The notes below the pieces were generated by a model. That model was not told where the DNA came from and did no database searches. It saw only the letters and a list, made by a program, of their open reading frames with translations. DNA of 64,000 nucleotides from an uncultured Afipia sp. (GTDB lineage Bacteria > Pseudomonadota > Alphaproteobacteria > Rhizobiales > Xanthobacteraceae): positions 1,585-65,584 of the forward strand of contig CAZQMD010000001.1 of NCBI GenBank assembly GCA_964594185.1, written 5' to 3'. Shown piece by piece: positions 47,850-58,406 of the stretch (positions are counted from its first letter, which is position 1; every line of letters begins with the position of its first letter). Made by a program: the position numbers and the translations under genes.

Positions 47850-48467
47850 TTACGCCATCGCCTTCTTCTCCAGCAACTTGGCATGGATCAGCGGCAGGCG
47901 GTCGTTACCGAAGTACATATCGGTCTTGTCGAGATAGATCGTCGGCGAACCGAACGCGCCGCGCGCAATTGCCTCGTCGGTATTGACCTTGAGCTGATCC
48001 TTGACCGATTGCTCGCCGATGCCCGCGAAAAACTTTTGCGGATCGATTCCGACGCGTTCGCAGATTTTCGTCAGCACTTCATCCTTGGAAATATCCTGAT
48101 CGTCGCCCCAATAGGCCTCGAATACCGCCGTCGCGAAAGGAATCAGTTTGTCCGGCGCAGTCTGCTGAACCCAGATGCAGCCGCGCATCGATTTCACCGC
48201 GTTCACCGGAAACACCGTCGGCGGCATGGTGATCTTGATGCCCGCCAGCCGCGCCCAGTCCTGCATGTCCTTGGCGGTGTAGGCCTGCTTCGCCGGCACG
48301 GGATTGGCGCGGGTCTCATACATCGCCTTGTTGACGGTGTTGAAAATGCCGCCGACCAGGATCGGCCGCCATGTGATCGGCGCACCAAGCTCCTTCGCCA
48401 TCGGCTGGATGTTGGTGAACGCCAGATAGGTCCACGGGCTGGAGCAGTCGAAGAAGAACTCGATCAT
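47850..48467 (-). CDS. 2-hydroxychromene-2-carboxylate isomerase / kappa-GST (DsbA family)
   Basis: FFDCSSPWTYL, GAFGSPT and YFGNDRL motifs. Confidence 0.88.
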   Translation of the reverse strand: MIEFFFDCSSPWTYLAFTNIQPMAKELGAPITWRPILVGGIFNTVNKAMYETRANPVPAKQAYTAKDMQDWARLAGIKITMPPTVFPVNAVKSMRGCIWVQQTAPDKLIPFATAVFEAYWGDDQDISKDEVLTKICERVGIDPQKFFAGIGEQSVKDQLKVNTDEAIARGAFGSPTIYLDKTDMYFGNDRLPLIHAKLLEKKAMA

Positions 48468-48496
48468 GAGTGCGTTTCCTTATTGTGGTTACTTGG

Positions 48497-48585
48497 CGTC
48501 ATTGCGAGGAGCGTAGCGACGAAGCAATCCATTCTCCCCTTGAGTTGAAACCGATATGGATTGCTTCGCTTCGCTCGCAATGACG
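48497..48585. repeat. REP-like palindrome, family A
   Basis: CGTCATTGCGAG...CTCGCAATGACG. Confidence 0.85.
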
Positions 48586-48601
48586 AATGGCTGCTGATTA
48601 T

Positions 48602-49297
48602 TCACTGCGCCTGCTGCGCAGCCTTGCCGAACATGTTCTTGCGCTGCTCGTCGGTGAACGGCGTCTTGTCGAACTTGCCGACCGCCAGCCCCTTCTGCAC
48701 CTCCGGCCGCGCACGTACAGCCGCGTACCAGCGCTTGATGTTCGGAAAATTGTCGAGCGTGAAACCCTGCGCCTTGTGCGTCATGGTCCACGGAAAGATC
48801 GCGATGTCCGCGATGGAATAGTCATCGCCCGCGACATAGGCGCCGGTCTTGCCGAGTTGCCGATCCAGCACGGCATAGAGCCGCTCAGCCTCGTCGCGAT
48901 AGCGCTGGATGGCGTAAGGAATTTTATCGGCCGCATAGAGCGCGAAATGGCCGTGCTGGCCGAGCATCGGGCCGAGGCCGCCCATCTGCCACATCACCCA
49001 CTGGATCACCTTGAAGCGGCCGCGCACATCCTTTGGCAGAAACCGCCCGGTCTTTTCGGCGAGATAGATCAGGATCGCGCCGGTTTCGAACATCGGGATC
49101 GGCTCACCGCCGTCAGCAGGCGCCTGATCGATGATCGCAGGGATGCGGTTGTTCGGGCTGATCTCGAGGAACTCGGGCTTGAACTGGTCGCCGGTACGGA
49201 TGTTCACCGGGATCACGTTGTAAGGCAGCCCCAGTTCCTCCAGCATGATCGAGATTTTCCACCCGTTGGGCGTCGGCGCATAATAAAGGTCGATCAT
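48602..49297 (-). CDS. Glutathione S-transferase (YfcG/nu-class-like)
   Basis: TPNG, SPNNRIPAI, ETGAILIYLAEK and YSIADIA motifs. Confidence 0.9.
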   Translation of the reverse strand: MIDLYYAPTPNGWKISIMLEELGLPYNVIPVNIRTGDQFKPEFLEISPNNRIPAIIDQAPADGGEPIPMFETGAILIYLAEKTGRFLPKDVRGRFKVIQWVMWQMGGLGPMLGQHGHFALYAADKIPYAIQRYRDEAERLYAVLDRQLGKTGAYVAGDDYSIADIAIFPWTMTHKAQGFTLDNFPNIKRWYAAVRARPEVQKGLAVGKFDKTPFTDEQRKNMFGKAAQQAQ

Positions 49298-49447
49298 GAG
49301 GCATCCGCAAATGAAGAACCGCCGGAGTGGCGCGGCGCGATCCTAACCACGCTCACGGTGACATTCCATCCCGCAAGCGCGAACGGCTTGTATGCCACGC
49401 CCCGGACATGGCAGATAGGCGTGCAACAATAAGAACGGACGCGCCCC

Positions 49448-50470
49448 ATGCTGTTTCAAACGACGATTGCAGGCTCATTGCCGAAACCCGAATGGCTTGC
49501 CGAGCCCAACACGCTGTGGGCGCCCTGGAAGCTCAAGGGCGCCGAACTGGTCAGCGCCAAGCGCGATGCAACGCTGCTGTGGGTGAAAATTCAGGAAGAC
49601 GCCGGGATCGATCTGGTCACCGAAGGCGAACAGGCGCGCCAGCATTTCGTCCACGGCTTTCTCGAGCGCGTCGAAGGCATCGATTTCGCCCACAAGGTCG
49701 AAATGGGAATCCGCAAGGACCGCTACAAGGCGATGGTGCCGCAGGTGGTCGCGCCGCTGCAGCTCAAGGGCCGCGTTCACGCCGATGAAGCGCGCGCGGC
49801 GCGGGCGCATACCAAGCACAAGTTGAAGTTCACCCTTCCCGGCCCGATGACCATCATCGATACGCTGGCCGACAGCTATTACGGCGACCGGGTGAAGATG
49901 GCGTTCGCCTTCGCCGATCTGCTCAATCAGGAAGCCAAGGCGCTGCAGGCCGATGGCGTCGACATGATCCAGTTCGACGAACCGGCATTCAACGTGTTCA
50001 TGGATGAAGTGAACGACTGGGGCATTGAGGCGCTGACCCGTGCCGCCGCGGGCCTTACCTGCAAGACCGCCGTCCACATCTGCTACGGCTACGGCATCAA
50101 GGCCAACACCGACTGGAAAGAATCGCTCGGCGCCGAATGGCGGCAATACGAACAGATCTTCCCGGCGATCGACAAGAGTCCGATCCAGCAGGTTGCCATC
50201 GAATGCCGCAACTCGCATGTGCCGCTGGAACTGCTGAGCCTGCTCAAGAACAAGGTCGTGCAGGCCGGCGTGATCGATGTCGCCAGCGATGTGGTGGAAA
50301 CGCCCGACGACGTGGTGAAGACCATCGAGGCTGTGATGAAGTTTGTCCCGAAGGAAAACATCATGGCCACCACCAATTGCGGCATGGCCCCGATGCGGCG
50401 CGACATTGCCGAAGCGAAACTGCGCGCGCTCGGCGCAGGAGCGAAGCTGGCACGGGAGAAGTTTCAGTAA
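49448..50470 (+). CDS. Cobalamin-independent methionine synthase catalytic-domain protein (MesD-like)
   Basis: GSLPKP.WL, LPGPMT, QFDEPAF, HICYGYG and NCGM motifs; 340 aa, lacks MetE N-terminal half. Confidence 0.8.
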   Translation: MLFQTTIAGSLPKPEWLAEPNTLWAPWKLKGAELVSAKRDATLLWVKIQEDAGIDLVTEGEQARQHFVHGFLERVEGIDFAHKVEMGIRKDRYKAMVPQVVAPLQLKGRVHADEARAARAHTKHKLKFTLPGPMTIIDTLADSYYGDRVKMAFAFADLLNQEAKALQADGVDMIQFDEPAFNVFMDEVNDWGIEALTRAAAGLTCKTAVHICYGYGIKANTDWKESLGAEWRQYEQIFPAIDKSPIQQVAIECRNSHVPLELLSLLKNKVVQAGVIDVASDVVETPDDVVKTIEAVMKFVPKENIMATTNCGMAPMRRDIAEAKLRALGAGAKLAREKFQ

Positions 50471-50509
50471 TTGAGTTGTCCCGGCCTTCGCCGGGGCGAC
50501 CCCAAATCT

Positions 50510-51013
50510 TTACGCCCCCCCCACCCTGATCGGCGGCAGGTAAGACAGCCCCGTGGCCCACCGAAAGAAGATCCAGGTGTCCTGCGACACTTCCGTGATG
50601 AACGTATCGACCAGCGGCTTGCCCATCGGCTTGGCGTAGACGGCCGCAATATGCGCCTGCGGCACCAGATCGCGCACGATACGCGCAGTCTTTCCGGTAT
50701 CGACAAGGTCTTCCACCACCAGCAGCCCCTTGCCGGTACCGCCGCCAAGCCGCGCCACCGCATCGGAGATGCCTTTCAGCACCGTCGGCTCGCTGACCTG
50801 CGAGGTGTGGCTGTAGCTCGACACACACAGCGTATCGATCACGCGGATGCCGAGTTCGCGCGCAATGACAGCCGCAGGCACCAGACCGCCGCGCGTCACC
50901 GCAACCATGGCCTCGAATGGACCGGCACCGCTCAGCCGCCACGCCAGCGCACGCGCGTCGCGATGAAACTGGTCCCACGACACAGGAAATGGTTTTCGCG
51001 CCTCGTCACTCAT
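50510..51013 (-). CDS. gpt: Xanthine phosphoribosyltransferase
   Basis: [33 protein letters not shown] and EVSQDTWI motifs. Confidence 0.88.
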   Translation of the reverse strand: MSDEARKPFPVSWDQFHRDARALAWRLSGAGPFEAMVAVTRGGLVPAAVIARELGIRVIDTLCVSSYSHTSQVSEPTVLKGISDAVARLGGGTGKGLLVVEDLVDTGKTARIVRDLVPQAHIAAVYAKPMGKPLVDTFITEVSQDTWIFFRWATGLSYLPPIRVGGA

Positions 51014-51027
51014 CGCTGCGCTCTCCG

Positions 51028-51450
51028 TTATGACGCGATCTTCCGGAACATCGCCGTCGCCGTGGCGCTGGCGACCAGCTTGCCGTCCTGAAACAGTTCC
51101 GCTGCGAGATGAAAGATTTCCCTGCCGCGCATGGTGATGCGGCCCTTGCCCATCAGCTTGCCGATCTTGGCCGGACGATGAAACTGGACATTGAGGCCCA
51201 GCGTCGGTGCAAACTCGCCGACATGCATCGCGGTCGCCGACGCCAGCCCCATTGTGTCGTCCAGCATCGCGGAGAGGAAACCGCCCTGCACGATCCCGAT
51301 CGGATTGGCGAATTCCGGCTTGCCGTCGAACGACAGTTCGACGGTATGCGCGTCGAGATCGTAAGCGATGATGTCGAGGCCCAGCGTCTTGGCGCATTCC
51401 GGCGGCGGTAACCGCCCTGCCGCGATGGCCTCGAAAAAACGCTCGGCCAT
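51028..51450 (-). CDS. PaaI family thioesterase
   Basis: [17 protein letters not shown] motif. Confidence 0.88.
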   Translation of the reverse strand: MAERFFEAIAAGRLPPPECAKTLGLDIIAYDLDAHTVELSFDGKPEFANPIGIVQGGFLSAMLDDTMGLASATAMHVGEFAPTLGLNVQFHRPAKIGKLMGKGRITMRGREIFHLAAELFQDGKLVASATATAMFRKIAS

Positions 51451-52184
51451 TATTTCACAACCTTGAGGTTCGCCAGCATGGCCTCGACCTCGACCATGGC
51501 GGCCTTGAGCTTGGCCTCGTCACGCGAACCCACCACGACATTGGTGTTCGGCTTGCCGTTCTCCTCCATGAACGGATAGCTGCCGATGCTGGTGTCGGGA
51601 TTGGCTTCCTGAATGGCGCGCAGCGGGGTGCCGATGTCGCCTTCCCGCGCATTGGCGCGCACCGAGTCCGACAGCATGCGCACGCCGGACTTCAGCTTCG
51701 GCGAGACGATGTCCATCATCGCCTGCATGATCGACGGAACGCCCGCCATGACGATGACATTGCCGATCTTGAAACCGGGCGCGAGAATGGTGGCGCTGGA
51801 AATGAGTTCCGCCCCGTCGGGAATGCGGGCCATCCGCAGCCGCGCCTCGTTCAGGTCCGCGCCGAACCGCTCCTGGAAACGGGCCACAACCTCCGGGTGG
51901 TGGTCGATCTTGACCCCGAACGCCTTGGCCACGCTGTCGGCGGTAATATCGTCGTGGGTCGGCCCGATACCGCCCGTGGTGAAGACGTAGGTATAACGCT
52001 GACGCAGCGCGTCGAGCGCATAGATAATGGCGTCCTCATCGTCGGCCACAACCCGGACTTCCTTCAGGTCGATGCCGATATTGGTGAGGTACTCGGCGAT
52101 GAAGCCGATATTCTTGTCCTTGGTACGCCCGGACAGGATTTCATCGCCGATCACGAGAATGCCGGCGGTGACGATCTCAGTCAT
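51450..52184 (-). CDS. CinA-like molybdopterin-binding domain protein
   Basis: [14 protein letters not shown] and [11 protein letters not shown] motifs. Confidence 0.88.
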   Translation of the reverse strand: MTEIVTAGILVIGDEILSGRTKDKNIGFIAEYLTNIGIDLKEVRVVADDEDAIIYALDALRQRYTYVFTTGGIGPTHDDITADSVAKAFGVKIDHHPEVVARFQERFGADLNEARLRMARIPDGAELISSATILAPGFKIGNVIVMAGVPSIMQAMMDIVSPKLKSGVRMLSDSVRANAREGDIGTPLRAIQEANPDTSIGSYPFMEENGKPNTNVVVGSRDEAKLKAAMVEVEAMLANLKVVK

Positions 52185-52434
52185 CTCAACTCTCCTCCTG
52201 TCCCGGACGCTCCGGGTCACCACTGCTATGCCATGTTCCTTGGCGCACGCAACGCATTGAAGTCACGCACTTTTGCCGCATGACTGGGCAGCGTTCCGCC
52301 CGTTTTTCGGGCAGGGCGGCGCAAGATGCCGCTAATTGCCCGCCAGCAATGCATATCGCGCTGGCCCAACCCTTGCTACCATCAGTTTGAGCGGGGATCG
52401 TCGTCCCCGTTACAAGAAGGAAGCGTTCCGGTTT

Positions 52435-53850
52435 ATGGCAATTGCGTTCGACGAAATGAACGGACCGGGCGGCGCTTTGCGCTCCGCCTACCACGAACTC
52501 TCCCTCTGGCTGAAGGAGACCCCTCCGGACGCGCTGGAGTATCGCCGTCAGGAAGCGGAGCTGCTGTTCCGGCGGATCGGGATCACCTTCGCGGTCTATG
52601 GCGAGGCCGAATCCACCGAACGGCTGATCCCCTTCGACGTGATCCCCCGGATTCTCTCCGGCAAGGAATGGACGACGCTGGAAAAGGGACTGAAGCAGCG
52701 CGTCAAGGCGCTCAACATGTTCCTGAGCGACATCTATCACAGCCGCGACATTCTCCGCGCCAAGATCGTCCCGGACGACCTGATCTTCCAGAACCCGGTG
52801 TTCCGGCCGGAGATGAACGGCCAGGACGTCCCGCATGACGTTTATGTCCATATCGCCGGGATCGACATCGTCCGTGTCGATGCCGAAAACTTCTACGTGC
52901 TGGAAGACAATGCGCGCACGCCGTCCGGCGTATCCTACATGCTGGAAAACCGCGAAATCATGATGCGGCTGTTTCCGGATCTGTTTGCGCGGCATCGCGT
53001 GGCGCCGGTCGAGAATTATCCGGACGAACTTCTGGCCGCGCTGCGCTCGGTCGCGCCGCTCACCTCAAAGACCGAACCGACCATCGCACTGCTGACGCCG
53101 GGCATCTACAACTCGGCCTATTACGAACACTCGTTCCTGGCCGACAAGCTCGGCGTCGAGCTGGTGGAAGGCCGCGACCTCATCGTCAAGAACGATGAAG
53201 TCTTCATGCGCACCACCGAAGGCCTGAAACGGGTCGACGTGATCTATCGCCGCGTCGACGACGACTTCCTCGATCCCCTCACCTTCCGCCCCGATTCCGT
53301 GCTTGGCGTACCGGGCCTGATGTCGGCCTACATGGCCGGCAACATCACACTGGCCAATGCGGTCGGCACCGGCATCGCCGACGACAAGGCGGTCTACAGC
53401 TACATGCCGGACATCGTGAAGTTCTATCTCGGCGAGGAGCCGATCCTGAAGAACGTCCCGACCTATCGCTGCCGCGAGGCGGACGATCTCAAATACGTGC
53501 TCGACAATCTGAAAGACCTCGTGGTCAAGGAAGTCCATGGCTCCGGCGGTTACGGCATGCTGATCGGCCCCGCCGCAACGACGGAGCAGATCGAATCCTT
53601 CCGCGCCAAGCTGCTGAAAGAGCCTGAAGGCTTCATCGCCCAGCCGACGCTGGCGCTCTCCACCTGCCCGACCTGCACGGCGTCGGGCCTCGCACCGCGT
53701 CATGTCGATCTGCGTCCGTTCGTGCTGACCGGCAAGGACCACGTCACCGTGGTGCCCGGCGGCCTGACCCGCGTCGCGTTGAAAGAAGGTTCGCTCGTGG
53801 TCAACTCCAGCCAGGGCGGCGGTACCAAAGACACATGGATTCTCGAGTAA
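52435..53850 (+). CDS. Circularly permuted type 2 ATP-grasp protein
   Basis: LEDNARTPSGVSY, YRRVDDDFLDP and VVNSSQGGGTKDTW motifs. Confidence 0.92.
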   Translation: MAIAFDEMNGPGGALRSAYHELSLWLKETPPDALEYRRQEAELLFRRIGITFAVYGEAESTERLIPFDVIPRILSGKEWTTLEKGLKQRVKALNMFLSDIYHSRDILRAKIVPDDLIFQNPVFRPEMNGQDVPHDVYVHIAGIDIVRVDAENFYVLEDNARTPSGVSYMLENREIMMRLFPDLFARHRVAPVENYPDELLAALRSVAPLTSKTEPTIALLTPGIYNSAYYEHSFLADKLGVELVEGRDLIVKNDEVFMRTTEGLKRVDVIYRRVDDDFLDPLTFRPDSVLGVPGLMSAYMAGNITLANAVGTGIADDKAVYSYMPDIVKFYLGEEPILKNVPTYRCREADDLKYVLDNLKDLVVKEVHGSGGYGMLIGPAATTEQIESFRAKLLKEPEGFIAQPTLALSTCPTCTASGLAPRHVDLRPFVLTGKDHVTVVPGGLTRVALKEGSLVVNSSQGGGTKDTWILE

Positions 53851-53853
53851 CAC

Positions 53854-54798
53854 ATGCTCTCGCGCACTGCTGAAAGTCTCTACTGGCTGGCCCGCTATGT
53901 CGAACGCGCGGAATATCTCGCGCGCACCATCGAGGCGACGCTGCGCGCCACCGCGCTGCCGGATGCCTATGTCGGCAAGAGCAACGAATGGGAATCCGCG
54001 CTGCTCACCGCGGGCATCGACGAAATCTTCCATCAGTTCCACGAAGAGGCCAATGAACGCACTGTCGTCGACTTCCTCGCCTTCTCGCCCAACAATCCCT
54101 CCTCGATCCGCAATTGCATCGAGAACGCGCGGCTGAATTCGCGATCGGTCCGCACCGCACTCACCAGCGAGATGTGGGACACCATCAACAGCGCATGGAT
54201 CGAACTGCACGCATCATGGCCGCGCGGCGCGACCACCCGCGACGAACTGACCAAGTTTCTGCGCTTCGTGCAGGAGACGTCATTGCGCTTCGACGGCTCC
54301 GCCTACCGGACCATGCTGCGCAACGACGCCTACTGGTTTTCGCGGCTCGGCCTGCATCTGGAACGCGCCGACAACACCGCGCGCATTCTTGACGTGAAGT
54401 ATCATGTGCTGCTGCCGGAAGAAGAGCATGTCGGCGGCCCGCTCGATTACTATCAGTGGACCTCGATCCTGCGCTCGGTCTCCGCGCTCACCGCCTATCA
54501 CTGGGTCTATCGCGAAACGCTCAAACCATGGCTGATCGCCGATCTTCTGATCCTGAATGAATCGCTGCCGCGCTCGCTGGCGAGCTGCTACGGCAACCTC
54601 GTGCGCAATCTCGACCAGATCGGCGTCGCTTACGGCCGTCAGGGTGCCGCGCAGCGTCATGCGCGCGGCGTCCGCAACCGGCTCGAACACAGCAACATGG
54701 ACGACCTGTTCCAGCGCGGCATGCATGAATTCATCCAGGAGTTCATTGCGGACAATGCCCGGCTGGGCGATACCATCTCGAAGCAATATCTGATCTGA
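53854..54798 (+). CDS. Alpha-E domain protein
   Basis: MLSRTAESLYWLARYVERAE and LERADNTARILDVKY motifs. Confidence 0.92.
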   Translation: MLSRTAESLYWLARYVERAEYLARTIEATLRATALPDAYVGKSNEWESALLTAGIDEIFHQFHEEANERTVVDFLAFSPNNPSSIRNCIENARLNSRSVRTALTSEMWDTINSAWIELHASWPRGATTRDELTKFLRFVQETSLRFDGSAYRTMLRNDAYWFSRLGLHLERADNTARILDVKYHVLLPEEEHVGGPLDYYQWTSILRSVSALTAYHWVYRETLKPWLIADLLILNESLPRSLASCYGNLVRNLDQIGVAYGRQGAAQRHARGVRNRLEHSNMDDLFQRGMHEFIQEFIADNARLGDTISKQYLI

Positions 54799-54821
54799 TG
54801 CGATCCAAGCTCCATTAATGC

Positions 54822-54914
54822 CGTCATGGCCGGGCTTGACCCGGCCATCCACGTTTTGCTTTAGAACTGCGCAATAAAAAGACGTGGATGCCCGGCACAA
54901 GGCCGGGCATGACG
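54822..54914. repeat. REP pair, family C (GTCATGGCCGGGCTTGACCCGGCCATCCAC)
   Basis: Inverted pair inside the operon. Confidence 0.85.
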
Positions 54915-54939
54915 AAACTCAAAGTTGCCTGATAACGCC

Positions 54940-55764
54940 ATGCGCCTGAAAATCGCCCACACCACCACATACCGCTACGAGCCGCCGGCCACCGGCGTGA
55001 TCCAGATTCTGCGCATGACGCCCGGCAGCCACGACGGTCAATATGTCGCCGACTGGCAGATCGACGTCTCCACCGATTCACGCCTCGATGTGCATGAAGA
55101 CGCTTTCGGCAATGTCACGCATGTCCTGACCCATGGCGCGATCTCCGATCTGACGATTTCCGTCGAAGGGCTGATCGAAACCCACGACACCGGCGGCGTG
55201 TTGCGCGGCACCGATGAGCGGTTTCCACCGAGCCTGTTCCTGCGCGCGACGCCGCTGACCGAGGTCAACGCGGCGATGGCGAAATTCGCCAGCGACCTGC
55301 ATACGGAGGCCTCTGGTGACACCCTTGGCTTCCTGCATGCGCTGATGCTGCAGATCAACGATCACATGACGTTCGACACCGATCCGACCCACGCCGGCAC
55401 ATCGGCGGCGGAGGCTTTCGCGCTGCGGCGCGGCGTCTGTCAGGATTACGCGCACATTTTCATTGCCTGCGCGCGCAGCGTGGGTGTCTCTGCCCGCTAC
55501 GTGTCCGGACATCTGCTGCGCTCCGACGGCATGGTGGCGCAGGATGCGGGTCATGCCTGGGCGGAAGCCTATGTCGAGAAACTTGGTTGGGTCGGCTTCG
55601 ACGCGGCCAATGCCATCTGCACCACCGAGGCTCATGTCCGCGTTGCCGTCGGCCTCGATTATCTGAGCGCCGCCCCCGCCCGCGGCACCCGTTATGGCGG
55701 CGGCACCGAGACGCTGGAAGTCGCGGTGCGGGTCGATCAGGCCGGACGGCAGAGCCAGAGCTGA
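54940..55764 (+). CDS. Transglutaminase family protein
   Basis: H.T.Y.Y, GVCQDYAH, ARYVSG, HAWAE and GWVGFD motifs. Confidence 0.92.
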   Translation: MRLKIAHTTTYRYEPPATGVIQILRMTPGSHDGQYVADWQIDVSTDSRLDVHEDAFGNVTHVLTHGAISDLTISVEGLIETHDTGGVLRGTDERFPPSLFLRATPLTEVNAAMAKFASDLHTEASGDTLGFLHALMLQINDHMTFDTDPTHAGTSAAEAFALRRGVCQDYAHIFIACARSVGVSARYVSGHLLRSDGMVAQDAGHAWAEAYVEKLGWVGFDAANAICTTEAHVRVAVGLDYLSAAPARGTRYGGGTETLEVAVRVDQAGRQSQS

Positions 55765-55822
55765 TTTCGCGAGTTGCCCCGCTCCTCCCCACCGCGTAGA
55801 AATGCGCGCTCGGGAGAATGGA

Positions 55823-56569
55823 ATGACCTATTGCTGCGGAATCCTGGTTCGTGACGGTCTTGTGATGATGGCCGATACCCGCACCAATGCGGGACTCGAC
55901 AACATCTCGACCTTCCGCAAGCTGCACATCTTCAAGGACCCCGGCGAACGCATCATGGCGATTGCGACCGCGGGCAACCTCGCCATCACCCAGTCCGTGA
56001 TCTCGACCCTGACCGAGGGCATCGAGAACCCGGAGACCGGCGAAGTTGAAACCTTGATGAATGCGCCGACCATGTTTCAGGCCGCGCAGCGCATCGGCCG
56101 CGCCATTCGCAGCGTTCATGCACTGGAAGGCAATGCACTGCGCGCCGAAGACATTTCGTTCGACGTGTCGTTCCTGTTCGGCGGCCAGATCAAGGGCGCG
56201 CGGATGCGCCTGTTCATGATCTACACCGCGGGCAATTTTATCGAGTGCACCACCGACACACCCTACCTGCAGATCGGCGAACACAAATACGGCAAGCCGG
56301 TGCTCGACCGCGCGATTTCCTACGACGTCGATCTCTATGACGCGCTCAAGGTCGGCCTCGTCTCGATGGATTCGACCATGCGCTCCAATCTCGGCGTCGG
56401 CATGCCGATCGACATTCTGCTGGTGCGGCCCGACGCCCTCGACGCCGATCTCGACTATCGCATCGAAGCCGGCGAGCCGTATTTTCATGACCTGCGCTCG
56501 CGCTGGTCTGCGGCGCTGCGCGCCGCGCATCAGAACATTCCTCGCCCGCCTTATGGCAATGTGAAATGA
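55823..56569 (+). CDS. Proteasome-type (Anbu) Ntn protease
   Basis: MTYC N-terminal Thr; DTRTNAGLD, QIGEHKYGKP and SMDSTMRSNL motifs. Confidence 0.92.
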   Translation: MTYCCGILVRDGLVMMADTRTNAGLDNISTFRKLHIFKDPGERIMAIATAGNLAITQSVISTLTEGIENPETGEVETLMNAPTMFQAAQRIGRAIRSVHALEGNALRAEDISFDVSFLFGGQIKGARMRLFMIYTAGNFIECTTDTPYLQIGEHKYGKPVLDRAISYDVDLYDALKVGLVSMDSTMRSNLGVGMPIDILLVRPDALDADLDYRIEAGEPYFHDLRSRWSAALRAAHQNIPRPPYGNVK

Positions 56570-56594
56570 GAGGCGGAGCTGCGACACTTATCAA

Positions 56595-56716
56595 TGTCGT
56601 CCCCGCGAAGGCGGGGACCCATAATCACCGGCCGGTCTGTTGATGTTCACATGGCCGAAGCCCGCTCATAATCACTTCGACAGGGAGTATGGGTCCCCGC
56701 CTTCGCGGGGACGACA
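56595..56716. repeat. REP pair, family B
   Basis: TGTCGTCCCCGCGAAGGCGGGGACCCATA and its exact inverse. Confidence 0.85.
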
Positions 56717-56760
56717 CCGTAATAATTCCTCAAAACGATAAACAACAAAGGGAGAAACAC

Positions 56761-57513
56761 ATGTCTGAACTGAAAGTCGCGATTGTCACCGGCGCAGGTT
56801 CCGGAATCGGCCGCGCCGCATCGCTGGCGCTGATGAAGACCGGATTCGCGGTGGTGCTGGCCGGACGCCGCAAGGACGCACTCGAGGAAACCGCAAAGCT
56901 CGGCAAGGATTTCGGCAAGAGCCTTGCGGTGCCGAGCGACATGACCGACCCGGCCTCGATCGCCGCGCTGTTTGCAAAGACCATGGAAGCATTCGGCCGC
57001 CTCGACGTTCTCTTCAACAATGCAGGCGTCGGCACGCCGCCGGTGCCGCTGGAAGATCTCACCCTGCAGCAGTGGCAGACCACGGTGGCGACCAACCTCA
57101 CCGCGCCGTTCCTCTGCACGCAGCATGCGTTCCGCATCATGAAGAACCAGACGCCGCGCGGCGGACGCATCATCAACAACGGATCGATCTCGGCCTATGC
57201 ACCGCGGCCGTTCTCCTCGCCCTACACCTCGACCAAGCACGCGATCTCGGGCCTCACCCGCGCCACTGCGCTCGACGGCCGCGCCTATGACATCGCCTGC
57301 GGCCAGATTGACATCGGCAATGCCGCGACCGAGATGACCGAGCGCATGACCGGCGGCGTGCTTCAGCCGCGCGGCGACAGCATGGTCGAGCCGCGCATGG
57401 ATGTGCAGAACGTCGCCGATGCCATCGTGTTCATGGCCACGCGCTCGCTCGACGCCAACGCGCTGTTCCTCAACATCATGGCGACCAAGATGCCGTTCGT
57501 CGGACGGGGCTGA
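56761..57513 (+). CDS. SDR family oxidoreductase
   Basis: [12 protein letters not shown] and YTSTK motifs. Confidence 0.9.
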   Translation: MSELKVAIVTGAGSGIGRAASLALMKTGFAVVLAGRRKDALEETAKLGKDFGKSLAVPSDMTDPASIAALFAKTMEAFGRLDVLFNNAGVGTPPVPLEDLTLQQWQTTVATNLTAPFLCTQHAFRIMKNQTPRGGRIINNGSISAYAPRPFSSPYTSTKHAISGLTRATALDGRAYDIACGQIDIGNAATEMTERMTGGVLQPRGDSMVEPRMDVQNVADAIVFMATRSLDANALFLNIMATKMPFVGRG

Positions 57514-57532
57514 CAGCCTGTGTCCATGCGCG

Positions 57533-58342
57533 TCAGCGGTTCAATTCCGCTGACGCGAGTTCCGCGACCCGCAGATCCACTTCGGCGGGATCGCCGTCGT
57601 CCAGATACCAGGCCGCGGACAATCCGGTCCACGCGAGAATCCAGCGCAGCATCCGCCTGCGCTCGATTTTCGCAGTATCCGTCACGATTTCCAGCCGCCT
57701 CAAAAACCGCTCCGGATTTGTCGCCACCGGCCATTGCGGATGATCGAGGTCCGGATTGGTGAAGATGTTCGCGTAATCGAAACCGCGCTCTCCAACCAGA
57801 TGCTTGGGATCGATCGCAAGCCATCCTCGTGCGCCGAAGTCCAGCACGTTATTGTGGTGCAGGTCGCCATGCAGAACGCAGACATCGCGCGGCTCCGCCA
57901 GCAATGCCCTCGCCGCTTCGGCGCTTTGAACAAGAATGCCGCCGTATCTCGCGGCGGCGGGTTCGAGATCGCGAAACCATTGCTGCAACGGCAGCAGGCC
58001 GGGCGGCGGGCTTGAGCGGGATGCGTGAAGCCGTGCCGCGACGTCGCAAAGAATTTTGCTGGCTTCATCGTCGCGACCGCTGCGCGCCATCAAGGCGAGC
58101 GATGCAGAGCCTTCGGCGCGCTCCAGCAAGACCGCAATATCGTCCCGCGCCAGCACATGAGCCGCGCCCTCGCCGTTCCACCACTGCATTACTGACCCAC
58201 CGATCCGCTCGTCTTCGTGATCGGCAACTTTCAGCATCGCAGGCGTGCCACGCTGCCGGACCGGCAGCAGATGCGACGCATGAGTTATGATGGCAGGGCC
58301 GTCGGGGATCAGATCCCAGGCCTGAAGGTATTCATCGAACAT
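57533..58342 (-). CDS. APH(6)/StrB-like aminoglycoside/hydroxyurea phosphotransferase family protein
   Basis: AMLKV, LHGDLHHNNVLDFG and WLAIDPK motifs. Confidence 0.85.
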   Translation of the reverse strand: MFDEYLQAWDLIPDGPAIITHASHLLPVRQRGTPAMLKVADHEDERIGGSVMQWWNGEGAAHVLARDDIAVLLERAEGSASLALMARSGRDDEASKILCDVAARLHASRSSPPPGLLPLQQWFRDLEPAAARYGGILVQSAEAARALLAEPRDVCVLHGDLHHNNVLDFGARGWLAIDPKHLVGERGFDYANIFTNPDLDHPQWPVATNPERFLRRLEIVTDTAKIERRRMLRWILAWTGLSAAWYLDDGDPAEVDLRVAELASAELNR

Positions 58343-58406
58343 CGCTGATACTTACGACACAGGATGCCGGCTCGCACCACCCTGCGGCAATCGGACATAC
58401 CGCGCT

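Noticed and set aside
50471..50720. gpt as a pseudogene because of atypical residues (VEDLVD, FFRWATG)
   Set aside because: Frame intact and full length; drift or local sequence error cannot be distinguished here
51014..51397. 295-aa version of gpt
   Set aside because: Extension overlaps the PaaI gene in another frame; Gpt similarity begins at 51013
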